DNA from: an uncultured Pseudomonadales bacterium
GTDB taxonomy: Bacteria > Patescibacteriota > Microgenomatia > UBA1400 > UBA1396
Direction: 5' to 3'
Assembly (NCBI GenBank): GCA_964460975.1
Contig: CAYWTN010000004.1
Span: 1-60,295, forward strand
DNA length: 60,295 bases
The first letter of the stretch is position 1; each line of letters begins with the position of its first letter. The notes under the pieces are model-generated. The model saw only the letters and a program-made list of their open reading frames with translations. It ran no database searches and was not told where the DNA came from. A program made the translations under genes and the position numbers. This document shows, piece by piece, positions 34,761 to 43,136 of the stretch.

Positions 34761-35124
34761 CTTTCATCAGCCTCTTCCACCATTTGAGCACAGATATCCA
34801 CACAGATTGGAAAGCATATTAAGTAGTGTTGAACAATCCTTTGATGGGCACCAATTTTATCCTACCGTTGGCGACGCTGCTTCTGCCTATTACTTTAAGC
34901 TCTGCTGTAAACATCCGTTCATGAATGGAAACAAACGACTTGGTATTTTATTTACTCACGTTTTTCTTTTACAAAATGGAGTTGATTTTTCTCTTGGTTG
35001 GGAAGATCTCTATTCTCTCACCGAGAATATAGCCAAAATGTCTGAAGAAGGCTATTCAGAAAAGGATGTAGAGCGGCTTTGCAAAAAAGCGATTGAAGAC
35101 TTTACCATACCGCACAACTTTTAG
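34672..35124 (+). CDS. doc: Doc-family (death-on-curing) Fido-domain toxin
   Basis: Doc-type Fic motif HPFMNGNKR (HxFx[DN][AG]NKR). About 150 aa, AT-rich. Start uncertain. Confidence 0.7.
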   Translation: MKQHLTALPKWYLSIKKCETIYKKFSRAISFHQPLPPFEHRYPHRLESILSSVEQSFDGHQFYPTVGDAASAYYFKLCCKHPFMNGNKRLGILFTHVFLLQNGVDFSLGWEDLYSLTENIAKMSEEGYSEKDVERLCKKAIEDFTIPHNF

Positions 35125-36053
35125 ATCCCAAAATCGGAAGCGCGCAGGAGCCCTGTCTTGGCGCCCATGTTTTGCACTACGGAGGCGGCATTTTTTTTGC
35201 CCCACTCAATGGCTTCGGACGTGAGGCGATCATGCAGATAAGCAATCACCACACCCGTGAGAAAGGCATCGCCTGCTCCCGTTTCTTGCACCGCTTTGCT
35301 GGGTCGCGGTTGGTAGCTCGTCCAGCGTTTTTTTTCGTAGTAACGGCCACCGCTTCGACCATCGGTTTCGATAATAATCTCGCCCGCATTTTCCAGATCA
35401 TAACCAGCCGCAACAATGCGTTGCGCTTCTTCCTTGTTGAGACAGAAAAGCGTAGGGAAAATCTCATGGAGATGCAGTTCGCCTTTTTCGATACTGGTGA
35501 GTTCCGCGCCGCCAGGATTCCAAGAAAAACGGATCCTGTTTTGGTGGCAGTGCTTGGCCACAGCGGTGAGCACCTCGTTGTTGCCGAGCGAAGAAATATG
35601 CACCCAATTGGCCTTTATCTTGGCAAAAGGAATGTCTTTGAGCGTGAGCATGGTGGCCGCACCACGAGCCGTTATGGCGCTGCGACCTCCCTCACTACTC
35701 ACTAAAAGAGCTGATACACCCGTATGTTCATCTTCCTCTTGAACCATGAGTGAAGTATCGACGCCTTCTTTTTTAAGCTCGGCGATAATGGAGTCGGCAG
35801 CCAGATCTTTACCCATCTCGGCAATGACGGCGGCGCGTAGACCCGCGCGGGCAAAGCCCACCGCGGTATTCGTCGCGCCGCCCCCCGACTGCATAGCGCT
35901 CTCTGTTACATCAATTTTGGCACCATACGGAAGACTGAGCTGCGGCACTTCGGTGTCTTTGCGAACCAGAAACTGATCTGATTTGAGAAAGAGATCGAGC
36001 GTTGCTGAGCCAAGAGAGATGGTGTCGTAGAGCATGTGTGTTAATGTATCCAA
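35121..36053 (-). CDS. PfkB-family carbohydrate kinase (ribokinase-like)
   Basis: GGGATNTAVGFAR and the C-terminal ETGAGDAF motif. Confidence 0.85.
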   Translation of the reverse strand: MDTLTHMLYDTISLGSATLDLFLKSDQFLVRKDTEVPQLSLPYGAKIDVTESAMQSGGGATNTAVGFARAGLRAAVIAEMGKDLAADSIIAELKKEGVDTSLMVQEEDEHTGVSALLVSSEGGRSAITARGAATMLTLKDIPFAKIKANWVHISSLGNNEVLTAVAKHCHQNRIRFSWNPGGAELTSIEKGELHLHEIFPTLFCLNKEEAQRIVAAGYDLENAGEIIIETDGRSGGRYYEKKRWTSYQPRPSKAVQETGAGDAFLTGVVIAYLHDRLTSEAIEWGKKNAASVVQNMGAKTGLLRASDFGI

Positions 36054-36647
36054 TTATTCAAAAGTTGGTTTTCGCATGTGAGCCAGTTCGGAGTCCAAGC
36101 GTACGAGTTCGGTCCACATTTCCTCGGTGGAGTTGACCACAGAAAAAACCTTGTGCTCCATTTCGCCAATGAAAAAGTGCTTCTTCATGACCTCCAAAAC
36201 TTCATGCCAAAAATCACCGTAGAGAATAAAAGGCTTGTGATGTCCGTAATAAATGTGAGACAAGAGCCAGACCATTGCCCACTCGCTGAGCGTACCCGTG
36301 CCGCCCTGAAAAATAACAAAAGCATCGGAGGCGTCAATGAGGCCGCGAACGCGATCAATATAGTCGGGGGTTTTGGTTTCTTCATCGGCCATGTTTGTTT
36401 TGAGTCTTCCTTCAAAAAAAGGTGCATTTATTGGCTCAAAAGTGACGGCCAACGTCTTGGCGCCTACAGATTTTCCGCCATCGGTAGCGGCTTTCATCAC
36501 GCCTGGACCACCGCCATTCACAATCTGCAAACCATGCTCGCCCAAAAGTTGTGCAGCGCGGAACGCCTCGCGATAGACAGGGTGTCCGTCATTGATATCG
36601 GCCGAGCCAAAAATGGCCACACTTTTGATCGTTTTCAGTTCACTCAT
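36054..36647 (-). CDS. LOG-family/TIGR00730 Rossmann-fold nucleotide-binding protein
   Basis: GGGPGVMKA and FQGGTGTLSE (PGGxGTxxE-type) motifs. Confidence 0.85.
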   Translation of the reverse strand: MSELKTIKSVAIFGSADINDGHPVYREAFRAAQLLGEHGLQIVNGGGPGVMKAATDGGKSVGAKTLAVTFEPINAPFFEGRLKTNMADEETKTPDYIDRVRGLIDASDAFVIFQGGTGTLSEWAMVWLLSHIYYGHHKPFILYGDFWHEVLEVMKKHFFIGEMEHKVFSVVNSTEEMWTELVRLDSELAHMRKPTFE

Positions 36648-36653
36648 ACCTGT

Positions 36654-37304
36654 TTATCCTTGCTTTTGTAGAGCTTCCCAGTGTGACTGAGCTTCATCAC
36701 CTTGTAAATAGCTGCCAGCCACAAGCGCATCAGCCCCTGCTGTCCAGAGTTTTTTGGCCGTTTCATTATTGACTCCAATATCAACAAAAATAGCAAACTT
36801 CAAATCGAGTGATTGGCGTAAATTCTTGAGCTGGGCAATCTTATCGTAAACATGATCGTTAAGAGCTTGCCCCTGTTTTCCCGCTTCCCCAGCCATGAGC
36901 TGAATCACACTCACGCCCTCCAGCGATTCGGACTCAAGCGTTTCTACGGGCGTAAAAATATCGAGCGAGAGACCAGAATACCAACCACCTTCACGCACAT
37001 CGGCCAAAAAATCGGCCACCGAGGACATGCGCTCAATCTGCCCGATCACGGTTCGCACTTGGCGATTTCCCCATATTTCTTCAAGTTGTTGGGCTGGTTC
37101 AACGGTCATAAGATGCAGATCCACAGGCAACCCATGCGTTTCCAACTCGCGAACAAGGCCAGCCTCTACGGTGATTTCGTCGGCAAACTGGCCATCAATA
37201 ATGTCGATTTGAACGGCCTGAGGTCGTGGCTGCAAACGAGCAAATCTTTCCATTTCTTGCTGCACAAAATCTGGCGAGTCGCTCAAAATGGCTGGGTATA
37301 TCAT
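36654..37304 (-). CDS. rpe: ribulose-phosphate 3-epimerase
   Basis: IYPAILS ... VQIDIIDGQF ... DLHLM ... VDIGVN pattern of the Rpe TIM barrel. Confidence 0.85.
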   Translation of the reverse strand: MIYPAILSDSPDFVQQEMERFARLQPRPQAVQIDIIDGQFADEITVEAGLVRELETHGLPVDLHLMTVEPAQQLEEIWGNRQVRTVIGQIERMSSVADFLADVREGGWYSGLSLDIFTPVETLESESLEGVSVIQLMAGEAGKQGQALNDHVYDKIAQLKNLRQSLDLKFAIFVDIGVNNETAKKLWTAGADALVAGSYLQGDEAQSHWEALQKQG

Positions 37305-37305
37305 T

Positions 37306-37779
37306 TTATTCCTTTCGATATTCTATGGCTCGGACTCGTGGTGTATGGCGTCCACCAGCAAAAGCGGTAGAGCAAAACGCACGGATCATTTCTTCCGTTT
37401 GCACGGGAGTAACTCGATCCCCTTCCAAAACCAAAATGTTGGCATTGTTGTGCTCTCGCGCATGCAAAACATCGGCGCGGTTCCGGCAAACAACGGCACG
37501 AACGCCATCATAGCGATTGGCGGCGATACACATCCCTCCGCCCGAACGGCACACGAGAATGCCAAAATGGCTTTGTTCACTTTCTGGTTCACCAGAATCT
37601 TGGGCAATTCTCTTTGCCACGGCCTGGGCAAAAGGCACGTAGCTATCTTGAGGATCGTGCGTCAGAGCGCCATAATCCACAACTTCATACGACTGCGACG
37701 CAAGCCACTGCGAAATATATTCCTTGAGAGCAAAACCGCCATGATCGGCGCCGAGAAAGATCTTCATGTGTTTTTCCAT
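37306..37779 (-). CDS. rpiB: ribose-5-phosphate isomerase B
   Basis: MKIFLGADHGGFALKE and CRSGGGMCIAANR motifs. Start is the ATG at 37779 or at 37767. Confidence 0.9.
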   Translation of the reverse strand: MEKHMKIFLGADHGGFALKEYISQWLASQSYEVVDYGALTHDPQDSYVPFAQAVAKRIAQDSGEPESEQSHFGILVCRSGGGMCIAANRYDGVRAVVCRNRADVLHAREHNNANILVLEGDRVTPVQTEEMIRAFCSTAFAGGRHTPRVRAIEYRKE

Positions 37780-37800
37780 TCTACCGCACCCAGGATTATC

Positions 37801-38094
37801 CTAAAAATCCAGCTCTGCCCGTGCGACTGGGGACATTTCCTCGATGCTCCAGGGTGGGTCGAACGACAGTGTTACCTTGACCTCATTCGGAGTGAGGCCA
37901 TCGAGAGCACCGCGGATGAGTGAAGGAAAAACACTCGCTAGCGGACAGGCTGGTGTGGTGAGCGTGTAAACCACTTCGAGAGTATTGCCCAGAATGATCA
38001 CATCGCGAATGAGCCCCATTTCCACCACACTGATGCGCAGTTCAGGATCGAGAACCGTCCCGAGGCGCTCGTAGACTTCATTTTTAGCAATCAT
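37801..38094 (-). CDS. DUF59/SufT-like metal-sulfur cluster assembly factor
   Basis: VYERLGTVLDPELRISVVEMGLI ... TTPACPL pattern of the MIP18/DUF59 family. Confidence 0.8.
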   Translation of the reverse strand: MIAKNEVYERLGTVLDPELRISVVEMGLIRDVIILGNTLEVVYTLTTPACPLASVFPSLIRGALDGLTPNEVKVTLSFDPPWSIEEMSPVARAELDF

Positions 38095-39899
38095 TCATCA
38101 CCTTTGCTCACTTGGATGGAATCCATTTCTTTGCGCGTGGTAATTTCTCTGGTCGATTTATCGTTGCGGAATCGTACTAAACGAGGAAAACGCAGCGCCA
38201 CTCCAGCCGAATGCAACGGTGAGCGAGTTATTTCGTCCGCGGCCACTTCGACCACGATCATCGGTGGCAAAAGAACGTCGGGCATCAATCCTTCCGGGAT
38301 ATCAACACTCCAACGCTCAGTGCTTCCCGCTTCCTTCACTTCTTGCGCGCGCTGTGCCAGCTCTTTCCACTGTTCATCGCTGAGACCCGTTCCAATTTTG
38401 GCGAGAGTGACAAGCGAATCCCTTGTTTCGTCGTAGATACCAATGAGAAAGGCACCCACCCCAAAGGCCGTGCGCTTGCCTTTGCCGTAGTAGTAACCCA
38501 GAACGACGGCATCGATGGTGTCTGTGAGTTTTGATCCCGTGCCTTGCAGTTCCTTGAGCTTGACCCAATTAAAAGCCTTGCGACCAGATTGGTACTTTCC
38601 ATCCACCTTTTTTACAACAATACCCTCAAGCCCAAGCTGAAGAAACTCGCGGTGTTTTTGTTCGATAAGAGCTGGATCGTTTGTTCGGATGGTGGGAGCT
38701 AAGAGGAAATCTTGCTCACTAAGGTTGGCCCAGAGGGATTCGAGGTGGTGGCGGCGCCGCTCTAGCGGCGCCGCCACCACCGACTCTCCATCCACAAACA
38801 AAAGATCGAACACAAAGAATCGCAGCGGAATTTCGGCACTCATTGCTTCGATCCCGTGCTTCCGTTTGCGCTTGATTGTTTGCTGAAACGTCACCAACTC
38901 CAAAGACTCCGGGTTATACCCCACTGCCTCAGCATCCAAAATGATGGACTGAACCGGCAGCGCCTTCAACAAATGACGAAGCTCCGGAAACATTGCACTA
39001 TTTTCCTCCAAATTACGGGTAAAACTGCGCAGCTCCCCTGTTGCCGCATTCCAATGAATCTGCAAACGCGTCCCGTCATACTTGGGATCCACATAAACTT
39101 CCCCCATTTTTTCGACCATTTCTTGCGTTGTTTTGAGCCGATCACACAACGCTGGCACGATGGGAACACCAAGTGACGCATCGAGCTTTTGCGCTTCTGC
39201 CACGCCGCCGCGCAGCACTGCCGCACCAATGGCACCAATATCAGGGTGTCGCTGATACACATCGTCCAACTCCGCGCGCGCCGACTTATCACCGTGTAGG
39301 TACCAAGACAGCGCATCAAGAAGCGTTTTGTCCGAAAATCCCAGGCGCAGCTGCATCATAATCATGCGTACCACATACTTGGCCGAAAGGGGATCGAGCG
39401 TAGAGAGCAATCGAGCTACAAAATGGATCTTTTCTTCCTGGCTGCCCTCGCCCTCAATGTGCGTAAGCGCCACGAGTTTTTCAAAGAGTTCCGCTACTTC
39501 AATGTCCGCCACTTTCTGACGCTCTCCATCTTGATCAAGGCGCAACGACCGAACTTCTTGCGCCAGAGCACCCAGATCGCCCAGCTGCTTATAGCGTTTC
39601 TTGAGCATTTGCTTGGCGGTTTCGGCGGGGGCAATACTCTCGCCAAAAAGCCCCTGCACTTGCCCACCCGCCAAAGGGGAAAGCTCAGCCAAAGAGTACA
39701 GCATGAGCTCCACGCCAAAATAGTACTGTCGATTGGCAAAAATTGGCCCCGTTTGACCAAGCAAAAGGTACAAAAAAGCTGGCGCTTCTTCTGGCTGCAA
39801 CTTCCCAAAAAGCCGAGCCAAAATCTCTGTTTGCTCTAACTTTTTGCTCGTATTCTCGAGCGGCTGCAAGGATTCTTGGGCAAAATCGTGAAACTTCAT
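38091..39899 (-). CDS. lig: ATP-dependent DNA ligase (archaeal/eukaryotic Lig1-like, three-domain)
   Basis: Adenylation motif I VDPKYDGTRLQIH, with EGIVVK and WVKLK motifs. N-terminal DNA-binding-domain-like region and a C-terminal OB region. Confidence 0.88.
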   Translation of the reverse strand: MKFHDFAQESLQPLENTSKKLEQTEILARLFGKLQPEEAPAFLYLLLGQTGPIFANRQYYFGVELMLYSLAELSPLAGGQVQGLFGESIAPAETAKQMLKKRYKQLGDLGALAQEVRSLRLDQDGERQKVADIEVAELFEKLVALTHIEGEGSQEEKIHFVARLLSTLDPLSAKYVVRMIMMQLRLGFSDKTLLDALSWYLHGDKSARAELDDVYQRHPDIGAIGAAVLRGGVAEAQKLDASLGVPIVPALCDRLKTTQEMVEKMGEVYVDPKYDGTRLQIHWNAATGELRSFTRNLEENSAMFPELRHLLKALPVQSIILDAEAVGYNPESLELVTFQQTIKRKRKHGIEAMSAEIPLRFFVFDLLFVDGESVVAAPLERRRHHLESLWANLSEQDFLLAPTIRTNDPALIEQKHREFLQLGLEGIVVKKVDGKYQSGRKAFNWVKLKELQGTGSKLTDTIDAVVLGYYYGKGKRTAFGVGAFLIGIYDETRDSLVTLAKIGTGLSDEQWKELAQRAQEVKEAGSTERWSVDIPEGLMPDVLLPPMIVVEVAADEITRSPLHSAGVALRFPRLVRFRNDKSTREITTRKEMDSIQVSKGDE

Positions 39900-39917
39900 G
39901 TGAGTCTAGTATACGCA

Positions 39918-41009
39918 CTATACCAGCGTGTAATGCACGCCCTTTGTAACTCCATGCTTGCGGATCAGGCCTTTATCCATAAGGTCTTTGAGATCGCGCA
40001 GGACGGTATCGGTAGAAATCATGGGGAGAATGCGATTGAGCTCGGCACTCGTCACACGCCCCTGCTCCTGCAAGTACTCCATCACAATAAGCTGACGTTC
40101 GGTGAGCGCCACTTGTTGCCCCAGTTTTCGCTGCAGACGAAAATCCTGTGAGAGTTTGAGGACATGCTGCTTAATGCGATCCAACTCAATTGCCAAACCA
40201 TACGTGAAGTACTCCAGCCAGTAGGTCATATCGGCATCGGGACTATCCTGCACCGATTTAATAGCCAAATAGTAGTTTTCGATATCGTTATCGAAGTACT
40301 GTTCGAGCGAGAAAAAGCGCTTCACATCATACCCTTCGGCATACATAAGCGAAAGCGCCATGGCTCGGGAAGTTCGCCCGTTTCCCTCAATGAAGGGGTG
40401 AATGTTTACCAACTGATGATGCGTAATGGCGGCACGAAAAACGGTGTGCAGCAGATGTGATTGAGGATCATTGAGCCACGCAAAAAAATCCTTCACCAAA
40501 TGTGGCACTTCTTCTGGCGAAGGCGGACGATAGGCCACCTTACCAGACTCCACACTGCGCACTTCTACTCGCTGGGTGCGGTAGGCACCACACTGATCTG
40601 GAGGGATAATCCTGTGTGTAGAAAGCGAATGGAGCGTGCGAAACATTTCTTCGGTATAAACGGGACGAGTATTCCCCAAGTTATTGCCCCAGCCATTAAT
40701 CCAGTCCAAAACACTGCGGTAGTTGATTACCTCTTGGATATCGCGCGCCTTTCCCACAATTCCGGCTCGTGTAGCCACTTCTTCTGGCGTTGTTCCTTCG
40801 GTTACAAAAACACGCTCCGACTGCTCCTGAGAAAGATCGTTTCCTTCCAGGCGGGTGCCGTGATAAACCGTGCGAATCTTGGCCTCTTCCTGAAACTTCG
40901 CCTCCCAGGCTGGAACGATGGGGGCATTTTTAATCATTTCTCGAGAAGCCTCGATACTGGCAATGTACTGCAAAAGATTGTTGGAAATGCGAAAGTTTGG
41001 CGTGTACAT
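39918..41009 (-). CDS. Fic-family protein with C-terminal winged-helix domain
   Basis: Canonical Fic motif HPFIEGNGRTSR. C-terminal wHTH-like LTERQLIVMEYLQEQGRVTSAEL. Start set at MYTPNFRIS. Confidence 0.85.
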   Translation of the reverse strand: MYTPNFRISNNLLQYIASIEASREMIKNAPIVPAWEAKFQEEAKIRTVYHGTRLEGNDLSQEQSERVFVTEGTTPEEVATRAGIVGKARDIQEVINYRSVLDWINGWGNNLGNTRPVYTEEMFRTLHSLSTHRIIPPDQCGAYRTQRVEVRSVESGKVAYRPPSPEEVPHLVKDFFAWLNDPQSHLLHTVFRAAITHHQLVNIHPFIEGNGRTSRAMALSLMYAEGYDVKRFFSLEQYFDNDIENYYLAIKSVQDSPDADMTYWLEYFTYGLAIELDRIKQHVLKLSQDFRLQRKLGQQVALTERQLIVMEYLQEQGRVTSAELNRILPMISTDTVLRDLKDLMDKGLIRKHGVTKGVHYTLV

Positions 41010-41080
41010 ACTCTGATCTAGTTTATACACGTTTGCTGGGAAAATGCAAGAATTGTGCGTGAATGAAGAAGGGCCTGTCT

Positions 41081-42055
41081 TTACTGAGCAAGCTTTCCCC
41101 AAGTTGTGGGAAGGCGGTCCACCAAATCTGAAGTGTTATACATCATTCCCCTCTCCAGCCATAACTCGTGAGCCGCTTGTTTGTTGAGGAAACTTGCTGT
41201 TGCGGCCGATGCTAATGCCGGTGAGCCAGTCCAAAAGGCAGCAATCATTCCAGCCAGGGCATCGCCCGTTCCTCCTTTGGTCATGCCGGCATTCCCACCA
41301 GTTATGCCAAACACTTGAGAGCTATCCCAGAGAAGATCGGTTGATCCTTTCAGCAAAATGGTTGCGCCGCCGAGTTTTTGTGAGAATTTTGTAAGTTTTT
41401 GTTGGTATTCTTCTGGCAAAGATGACAAAAGCTCTTCCACGTGCGCCGATGAGGAATCCTCAGTGTTTTGAGAAAGAGTGATTGAAGAAAGGAACGTATG
41501 CCAAGTATCAAGTGATTCACCAGCTTTTTGCAGCAGATTCTCAAACTCTTTCCTATGAGGAGTAAGGATTGTGTTCTTGGGCAAGATAGACAGATCAAGC
41601 GTTTGCAGCGAACCAGCATCGAGCAACCAGCGTTTTTCTGGAAAGGTTCGCAAAAGGACACTCGTTAGCGCTCGAGTATCGTTTTCCCAATCAGACTCAC
41701 TCAAATCACTCACAGATAATGAAAGAAGTTCTTGATCGGAAAATCGCGAAGACACATCTCTCCTCATGCCAGGACCGAGAAGAATGGTATCCGCCTCTTG
41801 GATATAGGCTGGAATATCTTGGCGAGGAATCACAACGCCATCTTGTACGACACTCTTGGAAGCGCGTAAGATTTCGTTGTTCTCTTTTACTGAGCTATAG
41901 AAAACCATATCTACCCAACGCGAGGCGGCGAGAAAACTCCACTGCGCCGCGGCGTGAAAAAGATCGCTGCCACCGATAATAAGAACCTTGCCGTTCTGTC
42001 CTTTATGAGAGCTGTTTTGCGCTTGGGCTATTTGGTCAAGAAAGTGGTGAATCAC
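41081..42055 (-). CDS. nnrD: ADP-dependent NAD(P)H-hydrate dehydratase (YjeF C-terminal family)
   Basis: KGQNGKVLIIGGS and GGTGDALAGMIAAF motifs. GTG start proposed at 42055. The longer ORF runs into recF. Confidence 0.78.
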   Translation of the reverse strand: MIHHFLDQIAQAQNSSHKGQNGKVLIIGGSDLFHAAAQWSFLAASRWVDMVFYSSVKENNEILRASKSVVQDGVVIPRQDIPAYIQEADTILLGPGMRRDVSSRFSDQELLSLSVSDLSESDWENDTRALTSVLLRTFPEKRWLLDAGSLQTLDLSILPKNTILTPHRKEFENLLQKAGESLDTWHTFLSSITLSQNTEDSSSAHVEELLSSLPEEYQQKLTKFSQKLGGATILLKGSTDLLWDSSQVFGITGGNAGMTKGGTGDALAGMIAAFWTGSPALASAATASFLNKQAAHELWLERGMMYNTSDLVDRLPTTWGKLAQ

Positions 42056-43106
42056 CCTGAGAGTATAGCAACAATTGGTGATCTTTGAGCTCGGGGAGCA
42101 ACTCAATCGTAGTAAGAATTGTCTGGGCTTTTTGCGCTTTATCCAAAAGAAGCTCTTGATTTTTACGATCAAGCTCAGAAAAAACGTCGTCTAAAAGCAG
42201 CACGGGAACCTCTTGGCGATTCTCTTGAATATACACGAGTTCATGAAGTTTCCACCAAACGAGAGACAAGCGTTGTTCACCACGAGAACCATACGTTCCA
42301 ATCGGACGCCACTCTCCACCACGAAAAACCTGCACCGCTACATCATCTTTGTGTGGGCCAATAAGAGTGTAGCCAGCGCCCATCTCTGCCTCGGCGTATT
42401 GGCGAATCCGCTCTTCGCTCATAATGGAATGCTCGTAGGAAACTTGGTACGTCTCGCGCATTCCTTCTTGCTCGCCCAGCCACAACAAAAACTTTTGGCG
42501 CTCAGAAAAAATCGTTTCTCCATGCTCAATGAGAAGCTGATCATAGTAGAAAAAATCGTAGCGAGTAACTCGCCCTTCTCGCAGTTGCTGAATGAGTTTG
42601 TTGCGGCGGCGCAATGCTTGCTCATACTGGTGAAGAGCATAACGGTACTCACGAGAAACTTGGGTGAGAACACCATCAAGGAGGCGCCGCCGCTCACTCG
42701 GACCATTCTGGAAAACCACCATGTCTTCTGGTGCAAAAAGAACGCTCAAGAGCTGACCAACGGCTTCTTGCTGACGACGTCCTACATTATTTACCTTATA
42801 CAAGCGCTTATTTGTTCGTTTTCCTTGCAACGTTCCATTGGTAAGCATCTGCTCCAACCGGATTGGCTCACCATCTTGCAGCTCTACTTTGGCCTGCAAA
42901 CGGGAGAACTCGCTTCCCCAACGAATGAACTCTTCGGTATTGCGCGCGCGCCAGGAAGCACCAGTGGAAAGCAGTGAAAGCGCCTCAACAAGATTGGATT
43001 TGCCACGGCCGTTTTCGGCTTGGATCACGTTCAATCCAGGGCGAAACCGCCACTGTTCATCGGCAAAAGAACGAAAATCCTGAAGCCAAAGGCCAGAAAC
43101 GATCAT
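42036..43106 (-). CDS. recF: DNA replication and repair protein RecF
   Basis: Walker A GLNVIQAENGRGKSNLVEAL, the signature GSRGEQRLSL and Walker B LLLDDVFSELD. Confidence 0.9.
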   Translation of the reverse strand: MIVSGLWLQDFRSFADEQWRFRPGLNVIQAENGRGKSNLVEALSLLSTGASWRARNTEEFIRWGSEFSRLQAKVELQDGEPIRLEQMLTNGTLQGKRTNKRLYKVNNVGRRQQEAVGQLLSVLFAPEDMVVFQNGPSERRRLLDGVLTQVSREYRYALHQYEQALRRRNKLIQQLREGRVTRYDFFYYDQLLIEHGETIFSERQKFLLWLGEQEGMRETYQVSYEHSIMSEERIRQYAEAEMGAGYTLIGPHKDDVAVQVFRGGEWRPIGTYGSRGEQRLSLVWWKLHELVYIQENRQEVPVLLLDDVFSELDRKNQELLLDKAQKAQTILTTIELLPELKDHQLLLYSQGDSPLS

Positions 43107-43136
43107 AGTGAAAAGCAGTATACCTGCTCCATGAGG

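Noticed and set aside
36078-36671. 197-aa plus-strand ORF
   Set aside because: An exact antisense mirror of the LOG-family gene, which has the PGGxGTxxE-type motifs.
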